The position numbers and the translations under genes were made by a program. Positions 1 to 10,251 of a stretch of 64,000 nt of DNA are shown here, in pieces (within the stretch, counting starts at the first letter, position 1; each line of letters begins with the position of its first letter). Below the pieces are notes generated by a model that was not told the origin of the DNA, made no database searches, and saw only the letters and a list, made by a program, of their open reading frames with translations. The stretch comes from Clostridia bacterium (GTDB lineage: Bacteria > Bacillota > Clostridia > Oscillospirales > CAG-272): contig JAFVQC010000048.1 of the NCBI GenBank assembly GCA_017504995.1, positions 58,946-122,945 of the forward strand, in the 5' to 3' direction.

Positions 1-462
1 ATCTCCATCGGCACGATCGGGCTGATCAAGGCGATCAATACTTTTCGCGCCGACAAGAATATCAAGCTTGCTACCTATGCGTCCCGTTGCATTGAAAATG
101 AAATCCTGATGTATATCCGCAAGCACGCGGGGGCAAGCAGGATAGAGGTGTCCATCGACGAGCCGCTGAATACCGACTGGGATGGAAACGAGCTTCTGCT
201 TTCGGATATTCTCGGCAACGACGAGGACGTCATCGCGCGGGAGATCGAGCGCATGGAGGAGCGACGGCTCATTCGCGAGGCGGTGGCGGGGCTTGCCCCG
301 AGAGAAAGGGAGATCATTGAGCTTCGCTACGGCATGGGCGGCGAAAAGGAGCTGACGCAAAAGGAGGTTGCCGACCGATTGGGAATCTCCCAGTCCTATA
401 TTTCCCGATTGGAAAAGAAGATCATTGCCCGTCTGAAGGAGGAAATTCGGGCGAGCTTTTAA
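1..462 (+). CDS. sigE: Sporulation-type sigma-70 family sigma factor, 5'-truncated by the window edge (SigE-like)
   Basis: Frame 1 is open from nt 1. Translation [76 protein letters not shown] matches regions 2.4-4.2 of SigE better than SigK/SigG as I recall them. Stop at 460-462. Confidence 0.85.
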   Translation: MSIGTIGLIKAINTFRADKNIKLATYASRCIENEILMYIRKHAGASRIEVSIDEPLNTDWDGNELLLSDILGNDEDVIAREIERMEERRLIREAVAGLAPREREIIELRYGMGGEKELTQKEVADRLGISQSYISRLEKKIIARLKEEIRASF

Positions 463-489
463 AAAAATAAAAAAATTTTGAAAAAACTC

Positions 490-518
490 TTGCAATTTCG
501 TTTTGAATGTGTTATAAT
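490..518 (+). promoter_or_regulatory. sigma-A type promoter upstream of rpmE
   Basis: TTGCAA (490-495), 17-nt spacer, TGtTATAAT extended -10 (510-518), about 60 nt upstream of the rpmE start. Confidence 0.7.
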
Positions 519-578
519 CTACTATGTTTGCAAACGATGTCAAAGAACATCGGAATATAAGAAACGAGGTATTATGAA

Positions 579-788
579 ATGAAATCCGGAATTCATCCTA
601 AGTATGAAGAGTGCGTAATCCGTTGCGCTTGCGGCGAAACTGTTACGACCAGATCCACCACCGCCGGCGAAATGAGAGTTGAAATTTGCTCCAAGTGCCA
701 CCCCTTCTTTACCGGCAAGCAGAAGTTTGTCGACGTGGGCGGTCGTGTTGATAAGTTCAAGAAGAGACTCGAAAACTCCGGTCGCTGA
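579..788 (+). CDS. rpmE: 50S ribosomal protein L31
   Basis: 69 aa [11 protein letters not shown]..Cx[15 protein letters not shown] is the classic zinc-type L31 sequence. Confidence 0.95.
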   Translation: MKSGIHPKYEECVIRCACGETVTTRSTTAGEMRVEICSKCHPFFTGKQKFVDVGGRVDKFKKRLENSGR

Positions 789-804
789 TTGGACGCAGAT
801 TGCA

Positions 805-849
805 AAAGACAGGTTACGCGAACATCGCTTAGCCTGTCTTTGTTTTTTT
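805..849 (+). terminator. intrinsic terminator of rpmE
   Basis: Stem AAAGACAGG (805-813) / CCTGTCTTT (833-841) followed by GTTTTTTT. Confidence 0.75.
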
Positions 850-863
850 GGGATGCGAAGGGG

Positions 864-955
864 CGCGTTAGGGAAACCTTCTTTCGAGAAGGTTTCCCTA
901 AAACCCTTCCAAGAACTTGCTTGCAATTTCTTGGAATTCGTATTGCTCACTTCTG
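864..955 (+). repeat. copy 1 of a ~95-nt double-hairpin intergenic repeat (other copies at 24555-24649 and 31834-31928, inverted)
   Basis: Hand alignment to the reverse complement of the other two copies. Both stems are kept through compensatory changes (AGGGAAACCTTC..GAAGGTTTCCCT here versus GAGGGGAACTTC..GAAGTTCCCCTC). Confidence 0.8.
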
Positions 956-976
956 TTTATTGTGAATAACCGAAAC

Positions 977-1171
977 GGACCGCCGAGGACGTCGGTCCCT
1001 ACAAGATTCAAAAAAACGATTGGACACGGTTCTTTTGAAACAAACGGCGGGGTGATGAACAATAAAATTTATGTAAAACCCGTAAAAAAACAAAGGTCAA
1101 CCGCAACCAAACGGCGAACCGATAAACATTATTTTTCAAGAGACTGTAGGGACCGACGTCCTCGGCGGTCC
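977..1171. repeat. perfect 27-nt inverted repeat pair flanking 141 nt (MITE/REP-like, GTAGGG family)
   Basis: GGACCGCCGAGGACGTCGGTCCCTACA (977-1003) is the exact reverse complement of 1145-1171. A nearby direct repeat CAACCAAACGGCGAACCGA occurs twice (~1105 and ~1193). Confidence 0.8.
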
Positions 1172-1418
1172 GAAAAAAACAAACAAAATTTTGCAACCAA
1201 ACGGCGAACCGAAGGACGATATTTTTTAGGAAACGGTAGGGGAGGGGCAATGTTTGAGTAAGCAAACTTGCAGTTGAGCGTAGCGAAACATGATTGCATC
1301 CTCCCGAAAAAACAAATTTTCGCAAACAAATGTTTCAACTATGGAACAATAATGAATACGCAAACCGATACGGCGGGATATAGCCCCCGTCTTACGATAA
1401 AAGAAAAGAGATAAAAAT

Positions 1419-2720
1419 ATGGAACAAAACGAAAAAAAACTGTCTGACCGCACGGTACTTGTGGGTCTGATCTTCGGGTCGGAAACGCAAGAGAGTGTGG
1501 AGAGAAGCATGGACGAGCTGGAAGGACTTCTGACCACCGCGGGGGGCGTTGCCGTGGCAAGGCTCACCCAAAACAAGGAAGCCCCCGATACCCGAACCGT
1601 CATCGGAAGCGGCAAGGCGGCGGAGCTTGCCTATCTTTGCGCCTGCAACGACGTGACTCTCGTGGTCTTTGACTGCGAGCTGACTCCGTCCCAGATCCGC
1701 AATCTGGAGGACATCGTGGGAGACGGCGTACGAGTCATTGACAGATCCATGCTGATCCTTGATATTTTCGCCCTTCACGCCGTGACGGGGGAGGGAAAGC
1801 TTCAGGTCGAGCTGGCGCAGCTGAAATATACCGCCCCCCGTTTGGTGGGACACGGTACGGAGCTGTCCCGTCTTGGCGGCGGCATTGGAACGAGAGGTCC
1901 GGGTGAGAGCAAGCTGGAGACCGACCGACGCCATTTGATGCGGCGGATACACGCCTTGGAAGCCCAGATCGCCGAGATGGACAAGAACCGTCGCACCCAG
2001 CGTGCGTCCCGTGACAAAAGCGGAATTCCCGAGGTTGCCATCGTGGGCTATACCAACGCGGGAAAATCCACTCTTCTGAATCGGCTGACCGACGCGGGGG
2101 TCTTGGCAGAGGACAAGCTCTTTGCTACCCTTGATCCTACCACGAGAAAATACGAGCTTCCCTCGGGAGAATCGATCCTTCTCACCGACACCGTCGGGCT
2201 GATCAACAAGCTGCCTCACCATCTGATCCGCGCCTTTCGCTCTACCCTGGAGGAGGCGTGCCGTGCCGACGTGCTGTTGATCCTCACCGATGCCTCCGAC
2301 CCCAATTTCCGTGAGCAGCTACAGGTCACCGAGCAGCTGCTCTGCGACCTCGGCGCGTCGGGAAAGCCTACGCTGTACGTGTTCAATAAGTGCGATCGGG
2401 GCATTGCCGAACTGGGACGGATCGGCGTATCCGCACCCACCGAAAATATCGTCTATATTTCCGCGCTGACGGGGCAGGGCATCGAGCGCATGATCGAACG
2501 CTTGGAAGCCATGGTGTCCGAGGGAAAGCGGAGAGTGACCTATCGGATTCCCAATACCGACGGCGGCGCGCTGAATACTCTTTATCGCCTCGCTTCCGTG
2601 GAAAGCGTGGAGTACGGCGCGGAGGCGATGACCGTCGTTGCCCTCGCCGACAGGAAAGCAAGGGGCATGATGCGCCGCTACGCCATCGACGATCCTCAAC
2701 CCGTGAATGACGAAGAATAA
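1419..2720 (+). CDS. hflX: GTPase HflX
   Basis: 433 aa. HflX N-domain followed by a G domain: GYTNAGKSTLLNRLT (G1), DTVG (G3), NKCD (G4). Confidence 0.9.
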   Translation: MEQNEKKLSDRTVLVGLIFGSETQESVERSMDELEGLLTTAGGVAVARLTQNKEAPDTRTVIGSGKAAELAYLCACNDVTLVVFDCELTPSQIRNLEDIVGDGVRVIDRSMLILDIFALHAVTGEGKLQVELAQLKYTAPRLVGHGTELSRLGGGIGTRGPGESKLETDRRHLMRRIHALEAQIAEMDKNRRTQRASRDKSGIPEVAIVGYTNAGKSTLLNRLTDAGVLAEDKLFATLDPTTRKYELPSGESILLTDTVGLINKLPHHLIRAFRSTLEEACRADVLLILTDASDPNFREQLQVTEQLLCDLGASGKPTLYVFNKCDRGIAELGRIGVSAPTENIVYISALTGQGIERMIERLEAMVSEGKRRVTYRIPNTDGGALNTLYRLASVESVEYGAEAMTVVALADRKARGMMRRYAIDDPQPVNDEE

Positions 2721-2737
2721 GAATGCGAGGACGCATG

Positions 2738-2767
2738 AAGGGGAGCTTCTTTTGGGAAGCTCCCCTT
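2738..2767 (+). terminator. hairpin after hflX (weak T tract)
   Basis: AAGGGGAGCTTC (2738-2749) pairs with GAAGCTCCCCTT (2756-2767). Only a short T run follows. Confidence 0.5.
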
Positions 2768-2865
2768 TAAATCTTCACTGTAAAACAAAAATGATATCCA
2801 ACCGTAGGGCGAACGGTGTTCGCTCGCGAGAAAACGAATTTCGACACCAATCGAAGAACCGCGCG

Positions 2866-4269
2866 TCACACGTCTTTTTTCTTAACACGTACCAGCAGGC
2901 TGAGAAGCGCCTTGGGGTGGAATGGGATCAGGGGATAGAGATAATTTCGCTTTCCGTTCACCGTCTTGTTCGTGGCAAGCAAAAGGATTACCAAAAGGAA
3001 GCCGCCCACAAAGCCCCACAGCCCCAGCGCCGCGGTCAGAATGAGAAGCATGATCCGTAAAAATTTGATGGCGTATCCAAGCTCGTAGCTCCTCTGGGTA
3101 AAATTGGCAATGGCAACGAACGCCATATACAAAATCACCTCGGGGATCAGCCAACCCACGTCCACCGCAAAGTCCCCGAGGATCAAGCCTCCCACCACGG
3201 ACAAAGAATTGTTCAGCATATTCGGGGTGTTCAGGGACGCCAACCGAAGGGCGTCAATAATAAATTCCACCAGTAAAAGCTGCGCGAGGATCGGAAGCTT
3301 TCCCGTCTCCTCGGGGAAGGCAAAGGTCAACCATTGTGGGATAAAATCGGGGTATTTCAACATGAGATACCACGCGGGCGTGATGATCAGCGTCAAAAAG
3401 AACACCAAGTATCGAACCACGCGAATATACGTTCCCGTCAGGGGTGGAAAGTAGAAATCGTTGGATTCCTGCATAAAATCGAAGATCGTGGACGGCAGAA
3501 CCATGACCTGCGGCGAGTTGTCCATGAGGATCAGCACGCTTCCCTCCATCAATTGCGCCGTTGCCGAATCGGGGCGCTCGGTGGTTCGGATCTTGGGGAA
3601 GGGATTGTACCACCGTTTTTTGATAAGACACTCCGCCAAGGACTCGTGCCCTACCGTCAACGCCCCCGTTTTTACCGACGAAAGCTTTTTCTTGAGAAAT
3701 TCCACGTAATTAAGATCCGCCCGATCGCTCATATAGCAGAGCACCACGTCCGTCCCCGAATCCTTGCCCACCGTCATATAGTGCATGGTCAGGGCGGGGT
3801 TGCGGATCCTGCGGCGGATCAGGGCAGTATTGAAGATCAGCGTTTCCACAAAGCCGTCTCTCGCTCCCTGCATGACCCGATCTCCCTCGGGCTCTTGCGT
3901 CTCGCGGGCGGGATAGGTGCGAGAGTCGATAATGATCGCCTGCGCACCGAAGGACTCGGCGATCATTAAGGTCGCCCCCGACAGCACCATACGGATCATC
4001 AGATCCACGTCCTCGGTTACGTCGGTCTCCACGTACGGAACGCCCGTCTCCATAAATTCTCTTGCCGAGGTCATTTTCTTCTGAGAAAGAAAATGCATCA
4101 TCAGCTTTTGCATCACAGTATCCTTCACAAAGCCGTCGATATAATACAGCGTGGCTTCTCCGTTGCCGAAGCGCAAGGTTTTGCTCAACACGTCAAAGTT
4201 TTCCTTGACCCGAAGCGCCCGATTCAGATTATTTACGTTTTCCCGATAATTTTCACTCAGTCTGCGCAT
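2866..4269 (-). CDS. spore germination protein, GerA/SpoVAF family
   Basis: 467 aa. Soluble N-terminal part (..YIDGFVKD..) and a C-terminal multi-TM region typical of GerA-family A subunits. RBS GGGAGGG lies upstream of the ATG. Confidence 0.8.
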   Translation of the reverse strand: MRRLSENYRENVNNLNRALRVKENFDVLSKTLRFGNGEATLYYIDGFVKDTVMQKLMMHFLSQKKMTSAREFMETGVPYVETDVTEDVDLMIRMVLSGATLMIAESFGAQAIIIDSRTYPARETQEPEGDRVMQGARDGFVETLIFNTALIRRRIRNPALTMHYMTVGKDSGTDVVLCYMSDRADLNYVEFLKKKLSSVKTGALTVGHESLAECLIKKRWYNPFPKIRTTERPDSATAQLMEGSVLILMDNSPQVMVLPSTIFDFMQESNDFYFPPLTGTYIRVVRYLVFFLTLIITPAWYLMLKYPDFIPQWLTFAFPEETGKLPILAQLLLVEFIIDALRLASLNTPNMLNNSLSVVGGLILGDFAVDVGWLIPEVILYMAFVAIANFTQRSYELGYAIKFLRIMLLILTAALGLWGFVGGFLLVILLLATNKTVNGKRNYLYPLIPFHPKALLSLLVRVKKKDV

Positions 4270-4362
4270 ACGTCCCTCCCAAGCTTTTTCTTTGTTAGTA
4301 TTCCGTTTCTACGCTCCGATCATACCACCCTCTTGATAAATTTGCCGTTTCTTTCTGTATGA

Positions 4363-4396
4363 TAAAAAAGACCGTTGCGGCAAAGCCGCAACGGTC
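4363..4396 (-). terminator. intrinsic terminator after the small Cys-rich ORF
   Basis: GACCGTTGCGGC (4370-4381) / GCCGCAACGGTC (4385-4396), 12-bp stem, followed on the minus strand by CTTTTTTATC. Confidence 0.75.
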
Positions 4397-4428
4397 ATGT
4401 CGTTTTTTAGGGGATCAAGCTTTTTGGA

Positions 4429-4527
4429 TCAGCAGCCGCAACCGCCGCAGCAGAAAATAATCAACAGCGCGATAATAATCAGCCAGATCCAGTTATCGTC
4501 AAACAGATTGCACAAACAGTTATTCAT
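4429..4527 (-). CDS. 32-aa Cys-rich small membrane peptide (not in the ORF track)
   Basis: Hand translation gives MNNCLCNLFDDNWIWLIIIALLIIFCCGGCGC. AGGAGG sits 7 nt upstream of the ATG (4525-4527) and it has its own terminator downstream. Confidence 0.55.
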   Translation of the reverse strand: MNNCLCNLFDDNWIWLIIIALLIIFCCGGCGC

Positions 4528-4608
4528 CTTCGGTCCTCCTTGAAAGGTTTGAATCAAGGGCGATTGCCCTTCGATACTATCATATGACGGAGAACCTCAT
4601 TTGGTGCA

Positions 4609-5676
4609 TCAACAAATTTCGTCGTCAATCGCAACGGGCGCGCCCAGCTCGTCGGAACGGAACGCCGCTTCCATGACCTTCATCACGCGCATGAGCTGAG
4701 CGTGGGTCACGATCTGCTTTTCCTCGCCGTCTATGGCGCGGCAAACGTTGCGGTAGAAGTCGTGAACGTCGGATACGGGAAGCTCCAGCTCGCTTTCGGT
4801 GATCGTCTTTTCGTCTCTGGGGGCCATGGTTTTGGTCAGACCCGCGGCGGTCACCACGGGAACCACGTCCTTCTCATCCCAGTTCTTACAGCAAACTACT
4901 CTTGCGTTCATCCGCCAGTCGGGGATCAGCGCGCTTCCGTTTGCGCCCTTCATGTAATATCTGCCCAGCTTGATAAAGTGAGAGGTTCCCACCTCAATAC
5001 GGGCGGTCAGATCACCCTCAAAATAGAGATCCAGCTGGAAGCCGTCGTCTACCTCGTAGTTGGTAATATGGTCGCAACGGCAGTATACCGACTTGATCTT
5101 GCGGTCGTAAACGATGCCCAGCATCTGGTCGATCAGGTGAACGCCCCAGTCCAGAATCATACCGCCGCCATGCTCCTTCTTTCCTCTCCAGTCACCCGGG
5201 ATTCCGCGAGAGCCCTGCACGCGGGATTCAATACCGAACACCTCGCCCAGCTCTCCCGACGCATAGATCTGCTTCATCAGCAGATAATCCGCGTCCCAAC
5301 GGCGATTCTGATGCACCGTAAACAGCTTGCCCGTACGCTCCGAGGTGTCGATCATCTTTTGCAGATCCTCCGAGCTTACGGTCACGGGCTTCTCGGAGAT
5401 CACGTTCTTGCCCGCTTCCATTGCCTGAATTGCCATGGGCATGTGCAGCTCATTGGGCACGGCAAGGGTCAGAATGTCCACGCTCTCGTCTGCCAGAACC
5501 GCCTCAAAGCTTTCGTATACGTGCAGTCCGTTCTCTCTTGCCAGCTGCCGTCTTTCTTCCTTAATATCACAAATTCCCGCAAGCTCGGCAACGTCGCTGG
5601 TCAGCAACCGCTTTACGTGCCAACCGCCCATACCGCCGTATCCGATCACGGCTACTCTTTTCTTCTTGTCTGCCAT
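4609..5676 (-). CDS. Gfo/Idh/MocA family NAD(P)-dependent oxidoreductase
   Basis: N-terminal Rossmann motif VAVIGYGGMGGWH. Start moved to the second Met (5676), which is preceded by AGGAGGAATT. Confidence 0.85.
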   Translation of the reverse strand: MADKKKRVAVIGYGGMGGWHVKRLLTSDVAELAGICDIKEERRQLARENGLHVYESFEAVLADESVDILTLAVPNELHMPMAIQAMEAGKNVISEKPVTVSSEDLQKMIDTSERTGKLFTVHQNRRWDADYLLMKQIYASGELGEVFGIESRVQGSRGIPGDWRGKKEHGGGMILDWGVHLIDQMLGIVYDRKIKSVYCRCDHITNYEVDDGFQLDLYFEGDLTARIEVGTSHFIKLGRYYMKGANGSALIPDWRMNARVVCCKNWDEKDVVPVVTAAGLTKTMAPRDEKTITESELELPVSDVHDFYRNVCRAIDGEEKQIVTHAQLMRVMKVMEAAFRSDELGAPVAIDDEIC

Positions 5677-5855
5677 TTCAAATTCCTCCTGCCATTGCGG
5701 CATATTTTAGTCATTGTACTGCTATTATAAGACAAATCTATCGTCAATTCAAGTCAAGAAATGATATTTTCAAGACAAATATTGCTTATTTGGCGCGTTT
5801 TTCCCTTTGTTTTTCCCTCGCTGCTTTCTTTTTTCTTGATTTTTCAAAAAAACTA

Positions 5856-5884
5856 TTGAGAAAAAGAAAAAAATATTATATAAT
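5856..5884 (+). promoter_or_regulatory. sigma-A type promoter upstream of lepA
   Basis: TTGAGA (5856-5861), 17-nt spacer, TATAAT (5879-5884). Confidence 0.6.
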
Positions 5885-5931
5885 ATTAGTAGTAACCGAT
5901 TCTATAGAGATAATAAAAACGGAGTAGATTC

Positions 5932-7752
5932 ATGGCAAACACCGAAAAGCAAAAGCATATACGAAATTTTTCCATTATCGCCCATATCGACCATGGAAAA
6001 TCCACGCTGGCAGACCGCATTCTGGAAGCTACCAATACCGTATCCTCCCGTGAAATGGAAGAACAGCTGTTGGACAACATGGACTTGGAGCGCGAGAGGG
6101 GCATTACCATCAAGGCGCGCGCCGTCCGCTTACAGTACGACGCTCCCGACGGCGAGACCTATCAATTCAATCTGATCGACACCCCCGGTCACGTGGACTT
6201 CAACTACGAGGTATCCCGTTCCCTCAACGCCTGCGACGGTGCGCTTCTGGTGGTGGACGCCACTCAGGGCATTGAGGCGCAGACCTTGGCAAACGCCTAT
6301 CTCGCGGTGGACGCCAATCTGGAGATCGTTCCCGTGGTGAACAAGATCGATCTTCCCTCCGCGGACCCCGATCGGGTACGGGGAGAGATCGAGGATATCA
6401 TTGGGATTCCCGCCGAGGGCTGCCCCGCGGTATCCGCAAAGACGGGACTGAACATCGAGCAGGTCCTGCAAGCCGTGGTGGAGCAGGTTCCCCCTCCCGT
6501 GGGCGACGAGAACGCTCCCCTCAAGGCGCTCATTTTCGACTCTTATTACGACAGCTATCTTGGCGTGGTCGTCAACGTCCGTATCTTCGACGGCTCGGTC
6601 AAAAGCGGCGACAAGATCCGTCTGATGAGCAACGGCGCGACCTTTGACGTGGTAGACGTGGGATATATGACCCCCTTTGGACTGCAAAAGACCGACCGCC
6701 TTTGCGCGGGAGAGGTGGGTTATCTCACCGCCTCCATCAAGAGCGTAGGCGAGACTCGCGTGGGCGACACCGTCACCTCCGACGGAAATCCCACCGACAC
6801 GGCCCTTCCCGGCTTCAAAGCTGTTCAGCCTATGGTCTACGCGGGTATTTACCCTGCCGACGGCGCGAGGTACGGCGACCTCCGCGACGCGCTGGACAAG
6901 CTTCAGCTCAATGACGCGGCGCTGGTCTTTGAGCCCGAAACCTCCGTGGCGCTCGGATTCGGCTTCCGTTGCGGCTTTCTCGGTCTGCTCCACATGGAGA
7001 TCATTGAGGAGAGACTGGAGAGAGAATTCAATCTGGACCTGATCACCACCGCACCCTCGGTCATCTATGAGATCAAGCGAAAGGACGGCGAGCTGGTGCG
7101 GATCGATAATCCCTCCAATTACCCCTCGGCAGATGAGATCGATACCGCATACGAGCCTCTGGTGCGCGCCAATATCATCACTCCCACCGAATACGTGGGC
7201 GGTCTGATGGATCTGTGTCAGGACAGACGGGGCAATTTTCTCGATATGAAATACATCGATACCTCCCGTGTGGAGCTGCATTACGATCTGCCCCTCAACG
7301 AGATCATCTACGATTTCTTCGACGCGCTGAAGAGCCGTTCCCGCGGATACGCTTCTCTGGACTACGAGCTTGGGGAATACGTCCCCAGTAAGCTGGTGAA
7401 GCTGGACTTCCTGCTCAACGGCGAGCAGGTGGACGCTCTGTCCTTTATCGTTCACGAGGAAAAAGCCTACGGCAGAGCCAGACGGATCGCCGAAAAGCTG
7501 AAGGATAACATTCCCCGTCAGCTCTTTGAGGTGCCGATCCAAGCCGCCATCGGCTCAAAGATCATCGCCAGAGAGACGGTAAAGGCAATGCGGAAGGACG
7601 TGCTTGCCAAGTGCTACGGCGGTGATATTACCCGTAAGAAGAAGCTTCTGGAAAAACAGAAGGAAGGAAAGAAAAAAATGCGTCAGCTCGGGTCGGTTCA
7701 GGTTTCTCCCGAAGCCTTTATGGCGGTGCTCAAGCTGGATGACGATAATTAA
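5932..7752 (+). CDS. lepA: translation elongation factor 4 (LepA)
   Basis: 606 aa. [32 protein letters not shown] GTPase motifs and the conserved LepA C-terminal domain. Confidence 0.97.
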   Translation: MANTEKQKHIRNFSIIAHIDHGKSTLADRILEATNTVSSREMEEQLLDNMDLERERGITIKARAVRLQYDAPDGETYQFNLIDTPGHVDFNYEVSRSLNACDGALLVVDATQGIEAQTLANAYLAVDANLEIVPVVNKIDLPSADPDRVRGEIEDIIGIPAEGCPAVSAKTGLNIEQVLQAVVEQVPPPVGDENAPLKALIFDSYYDSYLGVVVNVRIFDGSVKSGDKIRLMSNGATFDVVDVGYMTPFGLQKTDRLCAGEVGYLTASIKSVGETRVGDTVTSDGNPTDTALPGFKAVQPMVYAGIYPADGARYGDLRDALDKLQLNDAALVFEPETSVALGFGFRCGFLGLLHMEIIEERLEREFNLDLITTAPSVIYEIKRKDGELVRIDNPSNYPSADEIDTAYEPLVRANIITPTEYVGGLMDLCQDRRGNFLDMKYIDTSRVELHYDLPLNEIIYDFFDALKSRSRGYASLDYELGEYVPSKLVKLDFLLNGEQVDALSFIVHEEKAYGRARRIAEKLKDNIPRQLFEVPIQAAIGSKIIARETVKAMRKDVLAKCYGGDITRKKKLLEKQKEGKKKMRQLGSVQVSPEAFMAVLKLDDDN

Positions 7753-8104
7753 ATACGAAAACGGGCTAAGCCCAAACTCTTACAACGAGCAGGAAGAGAG
7801 AACAAAGCGGTCTTTGCTAAGTTCTCTCTTTTCTGTTGGTGAAGTTTGCGCTTTGCCGAAGGCAAAACTTCACGATCCGCAGGATAACTTCGCTTATCGT
7901 AGGCGCGTCAAGCAATTCGCTTTTTTGAAAAACCTTTTTGATTTCCTTGAAAAATGGGGAAAATAGCGTCAAAAACGGTGCTGTAAAGAAAAAAGAAGGG
8001 CAAAAAGGGGAAGAATTGAAGAAAAAGCTTGATTTTTTGTATGAAATTAACAATGAAAGGCGGAATAATATTAAAAAAATCTGCGAAACGACGAACAAAA
8101 ACGC

Positions 8105-8133
8105 TTGCAATATCGAAAAAAGTATGATATAAT
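8105..8133 (+). promoter_or_regulatory. sigma-A type promoter of the S10 operon
   Basis: TTGCAA (8105-8110), 17-nt spacer, TGaTATAAT (8125-8133). This leaves a ~300-nt leader before rpsJ. Confidence 0.7.
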
Positions 8134-8439
8134 AGTTGAGCTTGATATGCGTTGAAGCGAGAGGTTGCTGTCGGATTGACACTCCGACAGGGAATTTTCG
8201 CGGAGTATGTCCGTTTGAATCGGGCGAAAGCAGTCCTTAGGACGGCGTGTGTCGTGGACTTGGCGTTCCCGAGATCGTTCTCACAGATGCTGATGTGCGG
8301 GCGATTTTCGGCTTTTTCAATGAACAAAAAGAAAACGCACGGTGCGGTGTTGAGGAATGCGCCCCTGAAAATGCGGTTCGCGTGAGCGAGACCCATGAGC
8401 TGACGCGAGCAGGCAAATCTATTAAAGGAGGAAAAACAG

Positions 8440-8751
8440 GTGGCAGTCAAGGAAAAGATCAGAGTAAGACTGAAGAGCTACGACCACACCCTCATCGATG
8501 CTGCGGCAGAGAAGATCGTGGAAGTTGCCAAGAGAAACGGCGCAACCGTTTCCGGTCCTATTCCGCTTCCCACGGAGAAGGAGATCGTTACGATCCTCCG
8601 CGCCGTTCACAAGTACAAGGACAGTCGCGAGCAGTTCGAGATGAGAACGCACAAGAGACTGATCGACATTGTGAAGCCGTCGCAGAAGGTTGTTGACGCG
8701 CTCATGAGCGTTGAGCTCCCCGCCGGCGTTGAGATCGAGGTAAAAATCTAA
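8440..8751 (+). CDS. rpsJ: 30S ribosomal protein S10
   Basis: [15 protein letters not shown].. is the canonical S10 sequence. GTG start with AGGAGG upstream. Confidence 0.97.
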   Translation: MAVKEKIRVRLKSYDHTLIDAAAEKIVEVAKRNGATVSGPIPLPTEKEIVTILRAVHKYKDSREQFEMRTHKRLIDIVKPSQKVVDALMSVELPAGVEIEVKI

Positions 8752-8890
8752 TCAAGCACCGAGAGATCACACGGCAAAACAAAGATAACAGCCGATGCAA
8801 GTTATCATTCTTACAGTTCGGCAACTTTGTAAGTCAAGTTGGCATCATTATAATAGATGTCAACCAATAATTTACAGGAGGAAAAACAAA

Positions 8891-9520
8891 ATGAAAAAGG
8901 GCATTATCGGAAAGAAAATCGGTATGACGCAGATTTTCGACGAAATCGGAAACGTAATTCCGGTTACGGTAATCCAGGCAGGTCCCTGCGTGGTCGCGCA
9001 GAAAAAGACCGTTGAAGCTGACGGCTACAACGCAGTTCAGCTCGGCTTCTCCGACGTAAAAGAGAAGCACATGACCAAGGCCGAGAAGGGTCATTTCGAA
9101 AAGGCGGGCGTTGCTTTCAAGAAGCACCTCAAGGAATTCCGTCTTGACGACATTTCCGCAATCAACGTTGGCGACGTCATTACAGCCGATACCTTCGCCG
9201 CAGGCGACAAGGTCGACGTAACAGGTATGACGAAGGGTCACGGTTATTCGGGTGTTATCAAGAGATGGAATCACCACCACCTCCGTATGACGCACGGTAC
9301 GGGTCCTATTCACCGTCAGCCCGGCTCGATGGGTGTCATCGACCCCGCCAGAATCTTCAAGAACAAGAAGATGGCAGGTCAGTACGGTAACGAGCAGGTT
9401 ACGGTTCTCAATCTTAAGGTTGTGAAAATCGACGCGGAAAAGAATCTGATCGCCATCAAGGGCGCCGTTCCCGGCGCAAAGGACGGCATCGTGTTCATTC
9501 GCGATTCGGTCAAAGCATAA
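8891..9520 (+). CDS. rplC: 50S ribosomal protein L3
   Basis: [17 protein letters not shown]-terminus. Start set at the internal Met preceded by AGGAGG, not the track start at 8795. Confidence 0.96.
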   Translation: MKKGIIGKKIGMTQIFDEIGNVIPVTVIQAGPCVVAQKKTVEADGYNAVQLGFSDVKEKHMTKAEKGHFEKAGVAFKKHLKEFRLDDISAINVGDVITADTFAAGDKVDVTGMTKGHGYSGVIKRWNHHHLRMTHGTGPIHRQPGSMGVIDPARIFKNKKMAGQYGNEQVTVLNLKVVKIDAEKNLIAIKGAVPGAKDGIVFIRDSVKA

Positions 9521-9540
9521 GCGGAAGGAGGAAATGAATC

Positions 9541-10251
9541 ATGGCTAATATTAAGGTTGTTGATATGACCGGTAAAGAAGTTGGCGTAATGGAGCTGTCC
9601 GACGCGATCTTTGCCAGAGAAGTAAATGAAGCAGTCCTCCACGCTGCTGTCAGAGCATATCTGATGAACCAGAGACAAGGCACGCAGTCCACGCTGACTC
9701 GCACCGAGGTATCGGGCGGCGGTAAGAAGCCTTGGAGACAGAAGGGTACGGGAAGAGCTCGCCAGGGATCTACTCGCGCTCCTCAGTGGACGCACGGCGG
9801 TGTTGCTCTCGGCCCGAAGCCCAGAGATTACCGCATTGCTATGAACAAGAAGACCAAGAGAGTTGCGCTGTTCAGTGCGCTGTCCGCGAAGGTTGCTTCC
9901 GGTGAGCTGATCGTCGTAGACGAGATCAAGATGGAAGCATACAAGACCGCGGAGATGGTCAAGATGTTCAAGGCGCTCGGATGCGAGAAGGAGGTTACCA
10001 AGAACTATAAGGTGACCACCGTAAACGAGGGTGAGGTTATCAAGGAGAGAAAGACCAGAACCGCTGTGGTTCCCCAGAGCGCGTTGGTTGTTCTGCCCGC
10101 TGTTGACGCTTACGTCATCGGAAGCTGCAGAAATATCCCCGGTGTTGCAACCACCCTGTACAGCACCATCAACGTATACGAGGTGCTGAAGGCTGAGAAG
10201 GTCGTTATGACCCGCGCAGCAGTTGAAAAACTTCAGGAGGTATATGCATAA
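9541..10251 (+). CDS. rplD: 50S ribosomal protein L4 (with ~30-aa internal insertion)
   Basis: [19 protein letters not shown] signature. 236 aa versus ~207 in the Bacillus L4 I recall. Confidence 0.96.
   Translation: MANIKVVDMTGKEVGVMELSDAIFAREVNEAVLHAAVRAYLMNQRQGTQSTLTRTEVSGGGKKPWRQKGTGRARQGSTRAPQWTHGGVALGPKPRDYRIAMNKKTKRVALFSALSAKVASGELIVVDEIKMEAYKTAEMVKMFKALGCEKEVTKNYKVTTVNEGEVIKERKTRTAVVPQSALVVLPAVDAYVIGSCRNIPGVATTLYSTINVYEVLKAEKVVMTRAAVEKLQEVYA

Noticed and set aside
6130-7542. 470-aa ORF antisense to lepA
   Set aside because: It is a shadow ORF opposite an unambiguous EF4 gene, with no recognisable motifs.
7908-8450. 180-aa minus ORF and 64-aa plus ORF (7938-8132) in the lepA-rpsJ spacer
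   Set aside because: They are low-complexity Lys/Phe-rich translations that run across the S10 promoter. They have no RBS and are more likely non-coding leader/promoter DNA.
8826-8854. Internal promoter (TTGTAA..TATAAT) in the 140-nt rpsJ-rplC spacer
   Set aside because: The -35 is weak and TATAAT can arise by chance. There is no independent support, so it is not listed as a feature.
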